From Bradymonadia bacterium (GTDB taxonomy: Bacteria; Myxococcota_A; Bradymonadia; UBA7976; UBA1532): a DNA stretch of 64,000 bases. The notes beneath the pieces are model-generated. The model searched no databases. It had not been told where the DNA came from and saw only the letters and a program-made list of their open reading frames with translations. Position numbers and translations under genes: made by a program. Below are positions 1 to 9,851 of the stretch, piece after piece. The stretch covers positions 3,619 to 67,618 of the forward strand of contig JBKAGE010000080.1 of assembly GCA_046290225.1 (NCBI GenBank), read 5' to 3'. Each line of letters opens with the position of its first letter. Within the stretch, counting starts at the first letter, position 1.

Positions 1-759
1 GAGCTGACCTTCGACTACCGCTGCCCCGGGGCGTGGTATTGCCGCGCGTACGGTCCGGTCCGCTTGGACGCCGCAGAAGACTTCGAGCGGGATCTCTACA
101 TCTCTGCGGCTCCCATGGGCGACGCCGGCTGGGCCCTCACCACCGACAACGTGCGGCGCATGACCATCGACGGTGGAGCGCTCATCGATGCAGGTATCAC
201 CACCCTGCTCGTGGACGAGCAGATGTTCGAGGTGGAAGCAGGCCCCATGGTCATCGGCCCCACCGAGGGGAAGCGCCCTGGGCAGCACGGCCCGCTGGAC
301 GAGGCGTTCTATCGGCCTTTCTGTTTTGTCTACGACACCTCGACGCCGGCCTACGCCGAGATCGCTGCGCACCTGACCACATACTGGTCCTTCATCGGCA
401 ACGGACAAGCCTGCGCGGTGCCCTTTGATCTGATCAACAGTGCTGACTTGGATGGCTACAACCGCATCTACCTCGGAGTGCCAGCCGAAGACCTCGACGC
501 CACGCCTGACGGCATCACCTGGGGCGGTGATACGATCACTGTGGGTGGAGAATCACAAAGCGAGGCGGCGCTGGTGGCGGTTTTCCCTGAAAGTGAGGGG
601 CTCTCGGCCATCTTCTGGGCTACGCCGGGCCATGAATGGCTGCTCCCCCGGGCGAACCCCTTTGGGTCACGACGTAGTCTGCCGGACTATCTGGTGTTTG
701 GCACTGATGGCGGCCGCGCAGCAGGGTTCTTCACGCCTGATTGGCGCCTCTCACGCTGA
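1..759 (+). CDS. 5'-truncated hypothetical protein (C-terminus loosely resembles secreted alpha/beta-hydrolase/peptidase C-terminal regions)
   Basis: Frame 1 is open from base 1 (ELTFDYRCPGAWYCRAYG...) to TGA 757-759, with GC3-rich codons. It ends ...SLPDYLVFG...AAGFF..DW. Confidence 0.6.
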   Translation, partial: ELTFDYRCPGAWYCRAYGPVRLDAAEDFERDLYISAAPMGDAGWALTTDNVRRMTIDGGALIDAGITTLLVDEQMFEVEAGPMVIGPTEGKRPGQHGPLDEAFYRPFCFVYDTSTPAYAEIAAHLTTYWSFIGNGQACAVPFDLINSADLDGYNRIYLGVPAEDLDATPDGITWGGDTITVGGESQSEAALVAVFPESEGLSAIFWATPGHEWLLPRANPFGSRRSLPDYLVFGTDGGRAAGFFTPDWRLSR

Positions 760-860
760 GTGAGAAAGATGTGACTCAAGGCGCCGAGGTCATGCCCCAT
801 GAAGTGTAGCTCATCAGCATACATTGAGTGTCTCGTACGCCAAGAGATCGATGTTGCTAT

Positions 861-2552
861 CTATGGACAGCCAGTATCGTTGAAGAACCGCTCCGGCACA
901 CAATACGGCTGGAACAGCTGAGGTCCAGGCACCGTGCAGCACGTGCCTTCGCCGAACTCCGCGGCGCACTCATTGGCCTCGAAGCACTCTCGGATACAGA
1001 ACAGCCCCTGGTACAGACGGTCCTCGTCGAAAACCCCCAAGCACTCCAGGTCGTCTCGGCAGCCTTGCGCATCGCAGGGCTCACCGGGGCCCGGTCGCAG
1101 ATCTGCGTCGGGCAATTCCATGTCCGGCACCTCGGCGTCCGGAATCTCCACGTCGGGGATCTCCACATCGGGGATCTCCACGTCGGGCACCTCGGCGTCT
1201 GGAATCTCTACATCTGGCACTTCAACATCGGGCACCGACATATCATCGACGCTGACATCGGCCATCAACATCGCATCGGGTACATCAATGTCTGGAATCT
1301 CAACGTCGGGTACGCCTTCGTCGATCATCTCCACGTCGGGCACATCAGCGTCAAACACCTCGGCGTCGGCGATCACACCACCATCCGAGAACACGCCCGC
1401 GTCGAAGGTCTGCTCCAGATCGATGGTGGGTGCCGGCATGCGATCCGTGGCGATGGTGCCACCGCGGCCGCGATCGAAGCGGCCGCCCACCGTCCAGATG
1501 TCTTCACCGGACCAAACCGCGTGCAGTGTCGTCGGGCCGAAGAGTGCTGTGTTCGGCGCCACCAGAGCCGACCACTCCCCTTCGAGGCTCCGGGCCAGCA
1601 GCGTACCGTTCTCACCGCTGGCCAGGGCGCGGCCCGTGGGCTCGACGAAGACCCCGTTCAGCGCCACGTCGAGGGGGGGCGGATCAGCGGTTTGCCATGC
1701 GAAGCCGTCCCAGCTGACAGCTCTTGGACGGTTGAGACCACCCACTGCCAGCGTCTGGCCACCGGGCAGGCCGTGCACCGTGAACAAGATCTCGGGCTCA
1801 CCTGCAGGATCGACACGCTGGAACATGCGACCGTTCCAGAAGAAGGCCACCCCGCCTTCACCGACAATGTGCACCGCGTCGGGGGCCGAGCCCCAGACCT
1901 TGTAGAAGCTCACCGCAGGATCAGTCTGCAAGATGACGTCGTCCACGCGACGCCACACGCCGTCGCCTTCGGAGCGGAGCACAATGTTGCGATCCCCGTC
2001 GGCTCGGGGCGAGCCGCCCACGGCCCAGAGATCGTCGGGGCCCGAGCCCCAGAGGCCCCACAGGCGGGTCTCTTCGGTGAGGCCCGTCTCTTCTTCGACC
2101 CAGCGGCCATCCCTGCGGCGCAGGATCCGACCCTCTTCGCCACAGGCCCAGACGTGATCGTCGTCGGTGCCCCAGATCCACCAGAGCGCGGGGCCCGGCG
2201 GGGTCGCCTCTCGGGCGATCTGCTCGCCATCGAAGCGGGCCACCAGGCCACCCTCGGGGCCCAAGGCGCCCCCGGCGAACCAGACCTGACCAGAGCCTGA
2301 GCCCCACACACCAAGGATCAACGGGTCGAACTCGCCGTCGATGGGTCGGATCTCACCAGGAGGCGGCTCGGCGTCGCGGAGATCTGCGTCGGGGATCGGG
2401 CCCATGTCGGGGATCGGCGCCATATCAGCCACTGGGGGCACGTACCCCCCCGACTCCGCGTCGGATTGATCTTCTTCACAGCCCAGCAATGTCATGGACG
2501 CCGCCAGAGACATCGCCACGTACAAGCCCCTCATACCGCTCATTCCCCTCAT
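861..2552 (-). CDS. Lipoprotein with beta-propeller-like (WG-S/T-xxxx-VW-xxG) repeats, acidic PDVEI linker and Cys-rich C-terminal domain
   Basis: ATG at 2552 overlaps the upstream stop (ATGA). Lipobox LLGC. Repeats VWGSGSGQVWFAG, IWGTDDDHVWACG, LWGSGPDDLWAVG, VWGSAPDAVHIVG. C-terminal 8-Cys domain. Confidence 0.75.
   Translation of the reverse strand: MRGMSGMRGLYVAMSLAASMTLLGCEEDQSDAESGGYVPPVADMAPIPDMGPIPDADLRDAEPPPGEIRPIDGEFDPLILGVWGSGSGQVWFAGGALGPEGGLVARFDGEQIAREATPPGPALWWIWGTDDDHVWACGEEGRILRRRDGRWVEEETGLTEETRLWGLWGSGPDDLWAVGGSPRADGDRNIVLRSEGDGVWRRVDDVILQTDPAVSFYKVWGSAPDAVHIVGEGGVAFFWNGRMFQRVDPAGEPEILFTVHGLPGGQTLAVGGLNRPRAVSWDGFAWQTADPPPLDVALNGVFVEPTGRALASGENGTLLARSLEGEWSALVAPNTALFGPTTLHAVWSGEDIWTVGGRFDRGRGGTIATDRMPAPTIDLEQTFDAGVFSDGGVIADAEVFDADVPDVEMIDEGVPDVEIPDIDVPDAMLMADVSVDDMSVPDVEVPDVEIPDAEVPDVEIPDVEIPDVEIPDAEVPDMELPDADLRPGPGEPCDAQGCRDDLECLGVFDEDRLYQGLFCIRECFEANECAAEFGEGTCCTVPGPQLFQPYCVPERFFNDTGCP
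1100..1370 (-). repeat. Degenerate 15-bp coding tandem repeat (PDVEI/PDAEV pentapeptide)
   Basis: Translation reads ...VPDVEVPDVEIPDAEVPDVEIPDVEIPDVEIPDAEVPDMELPDAD. DNA units are like atctccacgtcgggg. Confidence 0.85.
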
Positions 2553-4318
2553 TCGATGATCCCCAGTCGCGTAATCTCGCTGGGCAGGTCGTACGTCCGG
2601 GGCACGTTGGGCAGCCCCGAGAGCTGGCGGCGCAGGCACGGCAGGCCCTCGGTGAGCTCGCACGGTGGCGGGCTCACGGGGGGCGGCTCCACCACCTCGA
2701 TCGTCTGGTTCGGCGCCACGTCGTCGAGTTCCACCACCCGGCCCGTGGCAGGGAACACCACCCGCACGAAGAGCCCGGCGCCGGGCATGGGCAGATCACC
2801 GAGGCCGAAGTGCTCGATGGGCTCGTCCTGGCTCAGGAAGTTCGACCCGCCCTGGCGCTCGCGCAGCTGCAGCGGGCCCTCTCGATCGCGGCCCACCCAC
2901 ACACGGGCGCCGATGCCGTCCCGGTTCGAATCGAGGCCCCGGACCCTCACCCGGAGCCAGGGGTTCTGGTTGCCGCCCTCGTTGCGATAGAGCACCGGGT
3001 GGCCGGTGTTGTGCACCACGAACAGGTCGAGATCACCGTCGTTGTCGTAGTCGAAGGTGAGCAGGCCCTTGCCCGAGTCGGTGGCCTCGATGCCCACGGC
3101 GTCGGAGACCTCGGTGAAGGTGCCGTCGCCGTTGTTCTGCCAGAACCGCATCGGATCTTCGTTGTAGATGTCGTCTTCGTCGTAATTGGGCACGTCGAAG
3201 CCGTTGGTCATCACCAAATCGAGATCGCCGTCATTGTCGTAATCGAAGAAGGTGGTGCCCCACCCCCAAAAGCCCTCGCGAACACCGGCTTCGTCGGTGA
3301 CGTCGGTGAAGACCCGATCGCCGTCGTTCCGGTAGAGCCGGTTGCCCGAGTAGCCCCAGAAGCAGCGGTTGCCCTCGCCATCGCAGGTCTCGTTCTCGTC
3401 GGAGATCGAGGTCACAAACCAGTCGAGATCGCCGTCGTTGTCGTAATCGCCCAGGGCGGCGCCCATGCCGTTCTCGTCGGTGCCCACCTGAGAGGCCTCG
3501 GTGGTGTCGACGAAGATGCCCTGGCCCTCGTTGAAGAACAGCCGGCTGGTGCCGAAGTCACCTGCGAGGGCCAGATCGGGCCAGCCGTCGTTGTCGAGAT
3601 CGGCGATGCGGGCGGTGAAGGAGAACAGCCCGGGGATAAAGCCCAGGGTGGGGTCGATCTCCAAACCACGGGGGTTGGTCTCGTCCCTGAAGTGACCGGG
3701 GTTGAGAGCGCCGAGGTTCATCATGAGGGCGGCGCCGTTCTCCGGGATCGTGCCGGGGACCACGCCCCTGGGGCTCCAGGCGGTGGTGAAGGCGTCGAGC
3801 CAGCCATCGCGATCGACGTCGCCGAAAGTGATGCTGAAGCCCTGGTGATCGAAGGCCGAGGTCCGCTCGGCGCCTCGGGCGTTGGCCTCTTCGGTGAAGT
3901 GGCACCGGCCATCGTTGATGAAGAGGTAGTACCGGTTGTGGGTCATGACGCTGACGTACAGATCGAGATCGCCGTCGTTGTCGATGTCACCCCATGCGGC
4001 ACCGTTCGTAGGCTGATCGATCACGATGCCGGCCTCGGCTGCGCCCTCGACGAAGGTGCCGTCGCCGTTGTTGACGAAGAGCACATCGGTGTTGAACAGC
4101 CGGGTGGCGAAGAGATCGACATCTCCGTCGTTGTCACAGTCACCGGCGACGGCGCCCCCTGACTCGTACCAGGCCTCTCTGAGGCGGGGCTCCTCGGGCA
4201 GCTCGTACTGCAGGTAGTCCACCCCGGCTTCTTGTGTGGCGTCGACGAAGCCCACCTGCCCCGAAGCGAGCGCGGGCAGGCTCACGAGCAAGATGAGCAG
4301 ATGAAGATGTACGCGCAC
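2549..4318 (-). CDS. CRTAC1 family protein (FG-GAP/VCBS repeats + ASPIC/UnbV C-terminus), secreted
   Basis: Multiple DxDNDGDxDL repeats and C-terminal NRDGIGARV...GGSNFLSQ...EHFGLG. GTG 4318 follows GGAG and starts a hydrophobic signal peptide. Confidence 0.9.
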   Translation of the reverse strand: MRVHLHLLILLVSLPALASGQVGFVDATQEAGVDYLQYELPEEPRLREAWYESGGAVAGDCDNDGDVDLFATRLFNTDVLFVNNGDGTFVEGAAEAGIVIDQPTNGAAWGDIDNDGDLDLYVSVMTHNRYYLFINDGRCHFTEEANARGAERTSAFDHQGFSITFGDVDRDGWLDAFTTAWSPRGVVPGTIPENGAALMMNLGALNPGHFRDETNPRGLEIDPTLGFIPGLFSFTARIADLDNDGWPDLALAGDFGTSRLFFNEGQGIFVDTTEASQVGTDENGMGAALGDYDNDGDLDWFVTSISDENETCDGEGNRCFWGYSGNRLYRNDGDRVFTDVTDEAGVREGFWGWGTTFFDYDNDGDLDLVMTNGFDVPNYDEDDIYNEDPMRFWQNNGDGTFTEVSDAVGIEATDSGKGLLTFDYDNDGDLDLFVVHNTGHPVLYRNEGGNQNPWLRVRVRGLDSNRDGIGARVWVGRDREGPLQLRERQGGSNFLSQDEPIEHFGLGDLPMPGAGLFVRVVFPATGRVVELDDVAPNQTIEVVEPPPVSPPPCELTEGLPCLRRQLSGLPNVPRTYDLPSEITRLGIIE

Positions 4319-4531
4319 GCGATCTCCGCATGTGGGTTCGTGGAGGTGTTTATAGCCGGCAGTGGCGGTCGAGATCATCTACAGCATCGTACTCAAAGCA
4401 ATCATCTGCTCGAGCGTCGACCCACCATTCGGTAACCCTCGCCGGCTACGCGTTACCCCACCGACACACCAAACACGCTCTCGACCAGTGCCTGGGGCAG
4501 AGACTTTCGTATTCCCGAGGGTTTCGAAAGC

Positions 4532-4546
4532 TGGCACGGCCTTTGA
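4532..4546 (+). promoter_or_regulatory. Candidate sigma54 (-24/-12) promoter of the cco operon
   Basis: TGGCACG-GCCT-TTGA versus consensus TGGCACG-N4-TTGC (one mismatch at -12), 52 bp before the ccoS ATG. Confidence 0.45.
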
Positions 4547-4598
4547 GAAGAGGTGCCTCCGAGGCCCGTTTGGGCTCGTCCACGCATTCGGAGGCCCC

Positions 4599-4838
4599 AT
4601 GGGCGTCATCTACCTGCTCATCCCTTTGGCGCTCGGCATCATGATCGCCGCCGTGCTCACCTTCTGGTGGGCCGCCCGCGACGGCCAGTTCGACGACATG
4701 GACACCCCCGCCGTCCGCGTCCTCTTCGACGACGCCCACACATCACACGCACAAAACGCCGCACCCCAAAACGCCGCGGGTGCACCCACCACCCCAGCGC
4801 ATCGAGGCTTCGATCGCAGCAGGGAGGAGATGGCATGA
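4599..4838 (+). CDS. ccoS: cbb3-type cytochrome oxidase assembly protein CcoS
   Basis: [12 protein letters not shown]...[24 protein letters not shown] is the FixS/CcoS signature. GGAGG RBS. Confidence 0.92.
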   Translation: MGVIYLLIPLALGIMIAAVLTFWWAARDGQFDDMDTPAVRVLFDDAHTSHAQNAAPQNAAGAPTTPAHRGFDRSREEMA

Positions 4839-7072
4839 GCCAAAACGTCGAGACCTTCAGATACGACGACGCGATCGTACGAAAGTTCGCCGTCGCCACC
4901 GCGATATGGGGGGTGGTCGGCATGCTTGTCGGCCTCATCGCCGCATATCAGTTCGTCATGCCCGAGCTGAACCTCGGCATGCCCTACACCACCTTCAGCC
5001 GGATCAGGCCGCTGCACACCAACGCGGTCATCTTCGCCTTCGTGGGCAACGGCATGTTCGCGGGCGTTTATTACTCGTCTCAGCGGCTGCTCAAGGCCCG
5101 CATGTTCAGCGACACCCTGTCGAAGATTCACTTCTGGGGCTGGCAGCTCATCATCGTCGCCGCCGCCATCAGCTTCCCGCTGGGCATCAGCCAGTCCAAA
5201 GAGTACGCCGAGCTCGAGTGGCCCATCGATATCGCCATCGCCGTGGTGTGGGTGATCTTCGCCATCAACTTCTTCGGCACCATCGCCAGGCGCCGCGAGC
5301 GCCACATGTACGTGGCGATCTGGTTCTACATCGCGTCGATCGTCACCGTGGCCCTGCTGCACATCGTCAACAACCTCGTGCTCCCCGTCTCGGCCCTGAA
5401 GAGCTACAGCATCTTCGCCGGCGTTCAGGACGGCCTCGTGCAGTGGTGGTACGGCCACAACGCCGTGGCCTTCTTCCTCACCACCCCCTACCTCGGGCTG
5501 ATGTACTACTTCATGCCCAAGGCCGCCGAGCGCCCCGTCTACAGCTACCGGCTGTCGATCATCCACTTCTGGTCGCTGATCTTCATCTACATCTGGGCGG
5601 GCCCCCACCACCTGCTCTACACCTCGCTGCCCGACTGGGCCCAGACCCTGGGCATGGTGTTCTCGCTGATGCTCATCGCCCCCAGCTGGGGCGGCATGAT
5701 CAACGGCCTGCTCACCCTGCGCGGCGCCTGGGACAAGCTGCGGACCGATCCGATCATCAAGTTCTTCGTCGTGGCCATCACCTTCTATGGGATGTCCACC
5801 TTCGAGGGGCCCATGATGTCCATCAAGTCGGTGAACGCCCTGAGCCACTACACCAACTGGACCATCGGTCACGTGCACTCCGGGGCCCTCGGCTGGAACG
5901 GGTTCCTGACCTTCGGCATGCTCTACTGGCTGATCCCCAGGCTCTGGAAGACCAGGCTCTACAGCATGACCCTCGCCACCACCCACTTCTGGATCGGGCT
6001 GGTGGGCATCGGCCTCTATGTGTTGTCGATGTGGGTGGCCGGTGTCTCCGAGGGCCTCATGTGGCGCGCCTTCGATGAGGAGGGCAAGCTCGTCTACAGC
6101 AGCTGGATGCAGATGGTGACCACCCTGATGCCCACCTACTGGGTCCGGGCCATCGGCGGCACGCTGTACCTCGGCGGCGCCATCATCATGCTCTACAACC
6201 TGTTCATGACCATCCGGCAGGGCACTGCCGGCGAGGATGAAGAGGCGAGCGCCCCGGCCCTCAAGCCCGCGGTGGCCCACCCTGGCGCCCACTGGCACAC
6301 CATCATCGAAGGCAAGCCCTTCAAGTTCACCGTGCTCACCGTGGTGGCCGTGGCCATCGGCGGCGCCTTCGAGATCGTGCCCACCCTGGCCATCGACTCG
6401 AACGTGCCCACCATCGCCTCGGTGAAGCCCTACACCCCCCTCGAGCTCGAGGGCCGAGACATCTACCTCGCCGAGGGCTGTTATGTCTGCCACTCGCAGA
6501 TGGTGCGCCCCTTCCGGAGCGAGACTGAGCGCTATGGCGAGTACAGCAAGGCTGGCGAGTTCGTCTACGACCGCCCCTTCCAGTTCGGCTCGCGACGCAT
6601 CGGGCCCGATCTGCACCGCCTCGGGGGCAAGTACCCGCACCTGTGGCACTACAAACACATGATGGATCCGACGAGTACGTCGGAGGGCTCGATCATGCCC
6701 CCCTACCCCTGGCTCTTCGAGGACGAGCTCGATCTCAGCCTCGTGAGCGCCAAGGTGAACGCCCACGAGATCCTCGGCGCCCCGTACACCGAGGCCCAGA
6801 TCGACAACGCCGCCCAGCTCGCTCAGAGCCAGGCCGACGTCATCGCCCGTGAGCTCGCCGACGCCGGCGTAACCGGCACCGACGAGCAGCCGATGCGCTA
6901 CGAGACGCTGCGCACACGTCAGATCGTGGCCCTCATCGCCTACCTGCAGCGCCTGGGCACCGACATCAAGCTCGCCCCCAAGGCGGGTGAAGGTGGCAAG
7001 GACACGGCTGAGCAGAAAGACGGCGACCAGAATGGAGCGATGCCCGACGAGCACGCCAGCGTGAAGCCATGA
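4835..7072 (+). CDS. ccoN: cbb3-type cytochrome c oxidase, fused subunits I+II (CcoN-CcoO)
   Basis: [40 protein letters not shown], followed by Cco[14 protein letters not shown] and GSRRIGPDL. Confidence 0.97.
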   Translation: MSQNVETFRYDDAIVRKFAVATAIWGVVGMLVGLIAAYQFVMPELNLGMPYTTFSRIRPLHTNAVIFAFVGNGMFAGVYYSSQRLLKARMFSDTLSKIHFWGWQLIIVAAAISFPLGISQSKEYAELEWPIDIAIAVVWVIFAINFFGTIARRRERHMYVAIWFYIASIVTVALLHIVNNLVLPVSALKSYSIFAGVQDGLVQWWYGHNAVAFFLTTPYLGLMYYFMPKAAERPVYSYRLSIIHFWSLIFIYIWAGPHHLLYTSLPDWAQTLGMVFSLMLIAPSWGGMINGLLTLRGAWDKLRTDPIIKFFVVAITFYGMSTFEGPMMSIKSVNALSHYTNWTIGHVHSGALGWNGFLTFGMLYWLIPRLWKTRLYSMTLATTHFWIGLVGIGLYVLSMWVAGVSEGLMWRAFDEEGKLVYSSWMQMVTTLMPTYWVRAIGGTLYLGGAIIMLYNLFMTIRQGTAGEDEEASAPALKPAVAHPGAHWHTIIEGKPFKFTVLTVVAVAIGGAFEIVPTLAIDSNVPTIASVKPYTPLELEGRDIYLAEGCYVCHSQMVRPFRSETERYGEYSKAGEFVYDRPFQFGSRRIGPDLHRLGGKYPHLWHYKHMMDPTSTSEGSIMPPYPWLFEDELDLSLVSAKVNAHEILGAPYTEAQIDNAAQLAQSQADVIARELADAGVTGTDEQPMRYETLRTRQIVALIAYLQRLGTDIKLAPKAGEGGKDTAEQKDGDQNGAMPDEHASVKP

Positions 7073-7266
7073 TGAAGGAACTCATCAACGAGACAGATCA
7101 GCTCATCTTTCCGCTCATCTCGGCGGTGATGTTTCTGTCGATGTTCGTCGCCGCCCTCTTCTGGGTCTATCGAAAAGGCGGCCGGGAAGTCTACGCCCGT
7201 CGGAGCCAGATGGTGTTTCACGACGGCACCGTGAAGGGCACACAGAAGGAGACAGATCATGTCTGA
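7069..7266 (+). CDS. ccoQ: cbb3 oxidase subunit CcoQ
   Basis: 65-aa single-TM protein between ccoO and ccoP with overlapping start/stop codons. Confidence 0.8.
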   Translation: MMKELINETDQLIFPLISAVMFLSMFVAALFWVYRKGGREVYARRSQMVFHDGTVKGTQKETDHV

Positions 7267-7837
7267 CAAATACGCCGTCACAGACGAGCTGCTCGACCAC
7301 GATTACGACGGCATCCGGGAATACGACAACCCGCTGCCCCGGTGGTGGCTGTACATGTTCTACATCACCATCGCCTTCGCCATCGCCTACGTGGGCTACT
7401 TCATCCTGGGCCCGGGGCCAGACTCGAGGACTGAGTACGAGATGGAAATGGCCGCCGCGGCGGTGATGTATCCCGACGAAGATCCGGCTTCGAACATCGA
7501 GCTGCTCACCGCCGCTCTGGGCAACCCGAAGTTCATCGGTGAGGGCAAGGGCATCTTCGCCACCAACTGCGCCGCATGCCACGGTCCCGACGGCGGCGGC
7601 ATCGTGGGGCCCAACCTCACCGACGACTTCTGGCTGCACGGCAAGGGTGACATCGCCGGTGTGGTGCGCGTGGTGGCCGACGGGGTGCCCGAGAAGGGCA
7701 TGATCGCCTGGAAGAAGCAGCTCAAGGTCAAAGAGATGGTGGCTGTCTCGGCCTACATCATGAGCCTGCGCGGGACCACCCCCGCCAATCCCAAGGCCCC
7801 ACAGGGCGAAAAGATGCCGCGTCAGGCGGCGAACTGA
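7259..7837 (+). CDS. ccoP: cbb3 oxidase subunit III CcoP (short, mono-heme)
   Basis: HDYDGIREYDNPLPRWW N-terminus, single CAACH, GPNLTDDFWLHG, GMIAW. Confidence 0.93.
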   Translation: MSDKYAVTDELLDHDYDGIREYDNPLPRWWLYMFYITIAFAIAYVGYFILGPGPDSRTEYEMEMAAAAVMYPDEDPASNIELLTAALGNPKFIGEGKGIFATNCAACHGPDGGGIVGPNLTDDFWLHGKGDIAGVVRVVADGVPEKGMIAWKKQLKVKEMVAVSAYIMSLRGTTPANPKAPQGEKMPRQAAN

Positions 7838-7852
7838 TCAGGCGAGGCCCCC

Positions 7853-9277
7853 ATGCCACTGCAAGGCAACGATACTGTCACCACCATCGGCCAGTCGGGC
7901 AGCCGTGTCTGGCTCTACCCCCTGTTGGTGGCCGGCCGCTACGTGAAGGCCCGTCGTGTGGTGGGCTGGGCCCTCATCGTCTTCTTGCTCATCGCCCCCT
8001 GGGTCGACATCAACGGACACCCAGCCATGATGTTCGATCTGCCCAACCGGCGGTTCTACTTCTGGGGGCTGAGCCTCTTCGCCACCGACGCCACCTACCT
8101 GCTGTTTCTCTGCGGGCTCATCGTCTTCGGGGTGTTCCTGTTCACCGCCCTCTTCGGGCGCATCTGGTGCGGATGGTCCTGCCCGCAGACGGTGTTCATG
8201 GAGCTCGTGATACGCCCCATCGAGCAGCTGGTCGAAGGCAAGCCCAGCGCCCGGAAGAAGCTCGACAAGGCCCCGTGGGGCCCATCGAAGATCTTCAAAA
8301 AGAGCCTGAAATGGGCGGCGTTCCTGGTGGTCTCTGGGGCTCTGTCCACCACCCTGGTGGCCTACTTCCTCGGCCGCGACGGCATCGTCGAGGCCCAGCT
8401 CGACCCCTGGAGCCACCCTGTAGGCACCAGCATCTTCATCTTCTTCACCGGACTGTTCTTCTTCGACTTCGCCTGGTTCCGAGAGCAGACCTGCATCGTG
8501 GTCTGCCCTTATGGCCGGCTGCAATCGGTGCTGATGGATCAAGACTCCCTCACCATCAACTACGACGCGGGCCGAGGCGAGCCCAGAGGCAAGCCCAAGA
8601 AGAAAGCAGACGGCACCCCCCTTGGGGACTGCATCGACTGCAGAAAATGCGTACAGGTCTGCCCCACGGGGATCGACATCCGCAAAGGCGTACAGATGGA
8701 GTGCGTGAACTGCGCTGTCTGCATCGACGCCTGCGACGAGATGATGGACAAGATCGGGCGGCCCCGGGGCCTGATTCGATACACATCGGAGGCCCAGCTC
8801 GCCGGCAAACCCCGGCGCTTCGCCCGACCCCGGACGCTGGCGTACACCGTGGCCCTCACGGCGGTCATCGTCGCCATGAGCGTCACGCTGGTCACCCGGC
8901 AGCCCATCGAGATGATCATGACCCGGCAGGTGGGGGCCCCCTACCTGACCCTGCCCGACGGCAGGGTCCAGAACATGACCAACCTGAACATCGCCAACAA
9001 GACCCGGGAGACCCGTCACCTCAAAGTGCGGGCTCTCACCGAGGGAGGCGAGGTCATCGTCCCCGGCAAAGCGCTGGTGCTCAAGCCCGAGGCCCTCATC
9101 AACGTGCCTGTCTTCTTGATTCAGCCTGATCCCAAGGAGCCAGACGGTGAGGGGGTGTTCTCCATCGAGATCACCGACGATCAGGGTTTCAAGCAGGTGA
9201 TGACCTACCCCTTCCTCTCGAAGCCCGACGCCGCTCGGGCCTCGAAGGCAGCAACGCGCAAGGAGAAAGGCGCATGA
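7853..9277 (+). CDS. ccoG: Cytochrome c oxidase accessory protein CcoG (FixG, 4Fe-4S)
   Basis: GRIWCGWSCPQTVF, CIVVCPYGRLQS, CIDCRKCVQVCPTGIDIR, ECVNCAVCIDAC. Confidence 0.95.
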   Translation: MPLQGNDTVTTIGQSGSRVWLYPLLVAGRYVKARRVVGWALIVFLLIAPWVDINGHPAMMFDLPNRRFYFWGLSLFATDATYLLFLCGLIVFGVFLFTALFGRIWCGWSCPQTVFMELVIRPIEQLVEGKPSARKKLDKAPWGPSKIFKKSLKWAAFLVVSGALSTTLVAYFLGRDGIVEAQLDPWSHPVGTSIFIFFTGLFFFDFAWFREQTCIVVCPYGRLQSVLMDQDSLTINYDAGRGEPRGKPKKKADGTPLGDCIDCRKCVQVCPTGIDIRKGVQMECVNCAVCIDACDEMMDKIGRPRGLIRYTSEAQLAGKPRRFARPRTLAYTVALTAVIVAMSVTLVTRQPIEMIMTRQVGAPYLTLPDGRVQNMTNLNIANKTRETRHLKVRALTEGGEVIVPGKALVLKPEALINVPVFLIQPDPKEPDGEGVFSIEITDDQGFKQVMTYPFLSKPDAARASKAATRKEKGA

Positions 9278-9816
9278 GCGGGAGCGCGATCATGAGCGAC
9301 GCACCGAAGAAGCGTGCCTCCAAGGGCAAGTTCAACCCCTGGCCGTGGGGCATCGGCCTCGGCCTGACCATCGTGGTGGTGGTGAACCTCTACGTGGTCT
9401 ACCTCTCCCGGCAGAACGCCCCCACCCTGACCCGGTCGGACTACTATCAGGCGGGCGTCGACTTCGAGCAGACCCTCGAAGCAAAGCGGGCTTCACAGGC
9501 GCTCGGGTGGCAGCCCGAGGTGAGCGTGTGCCCCGCGGGCTCTTCTGAGGGGATCTGCGAGGTGGCCTTCCGCCTGAAAGACGCCGACGGGCGCGCCCTC
9601 GCAGGTCTCTCCGGCACCCTCGTCGCGCGGCGGGCCGACAGCGCCACCCACGACGCCAAAGTGGGCTTCGACGACATGGGCCACGGGCTCTACATCGCCA
9701 AAGTGCCCATCTCCAAGACCGGCTACTGGCGCCTCGCAACGACTTTCACCGCCGAAGGCCAGACACCCTGGCTCGATGCTCGCAGAGTGCACATCGACAG
9801 CGCGGCTCACCCCTGA
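9274..9816 (+). CDS. ccoH: FixH/CcoH family protein
   Basis: WPWGI + TM helix + DYYQAG; located directly after ccoG. Confidence 0.8.
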   Translation: MSGSAIMSDAPKKRASKGKFNPWPWGIGLGLTIVVVVNLYVVYLSRQNAPTLTRSDYYQAGVDFEQTLEAKRASQALGWQPEVSVCPAGSSEGICEVAFRLKDADGRALAGLSGTLVARRADSATHDAKVGFDDMGHGLYIAKVPISKTGYWRLATTFTAEGQTPWLDARRVHIDSAAHP

Positions 9817-9851
9817 AGGGCGCCCGCAGAAGATCACACGAGGAGCACCCC

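Noticed and set aside
4610-7054. Long antisense ORFs (also 828-2300, 2489-4162, 20782-22401, 27913-30036)
   Set aside because: Shadow ORFs produced by high GC3 on the opposite strand of clearly identified genes.
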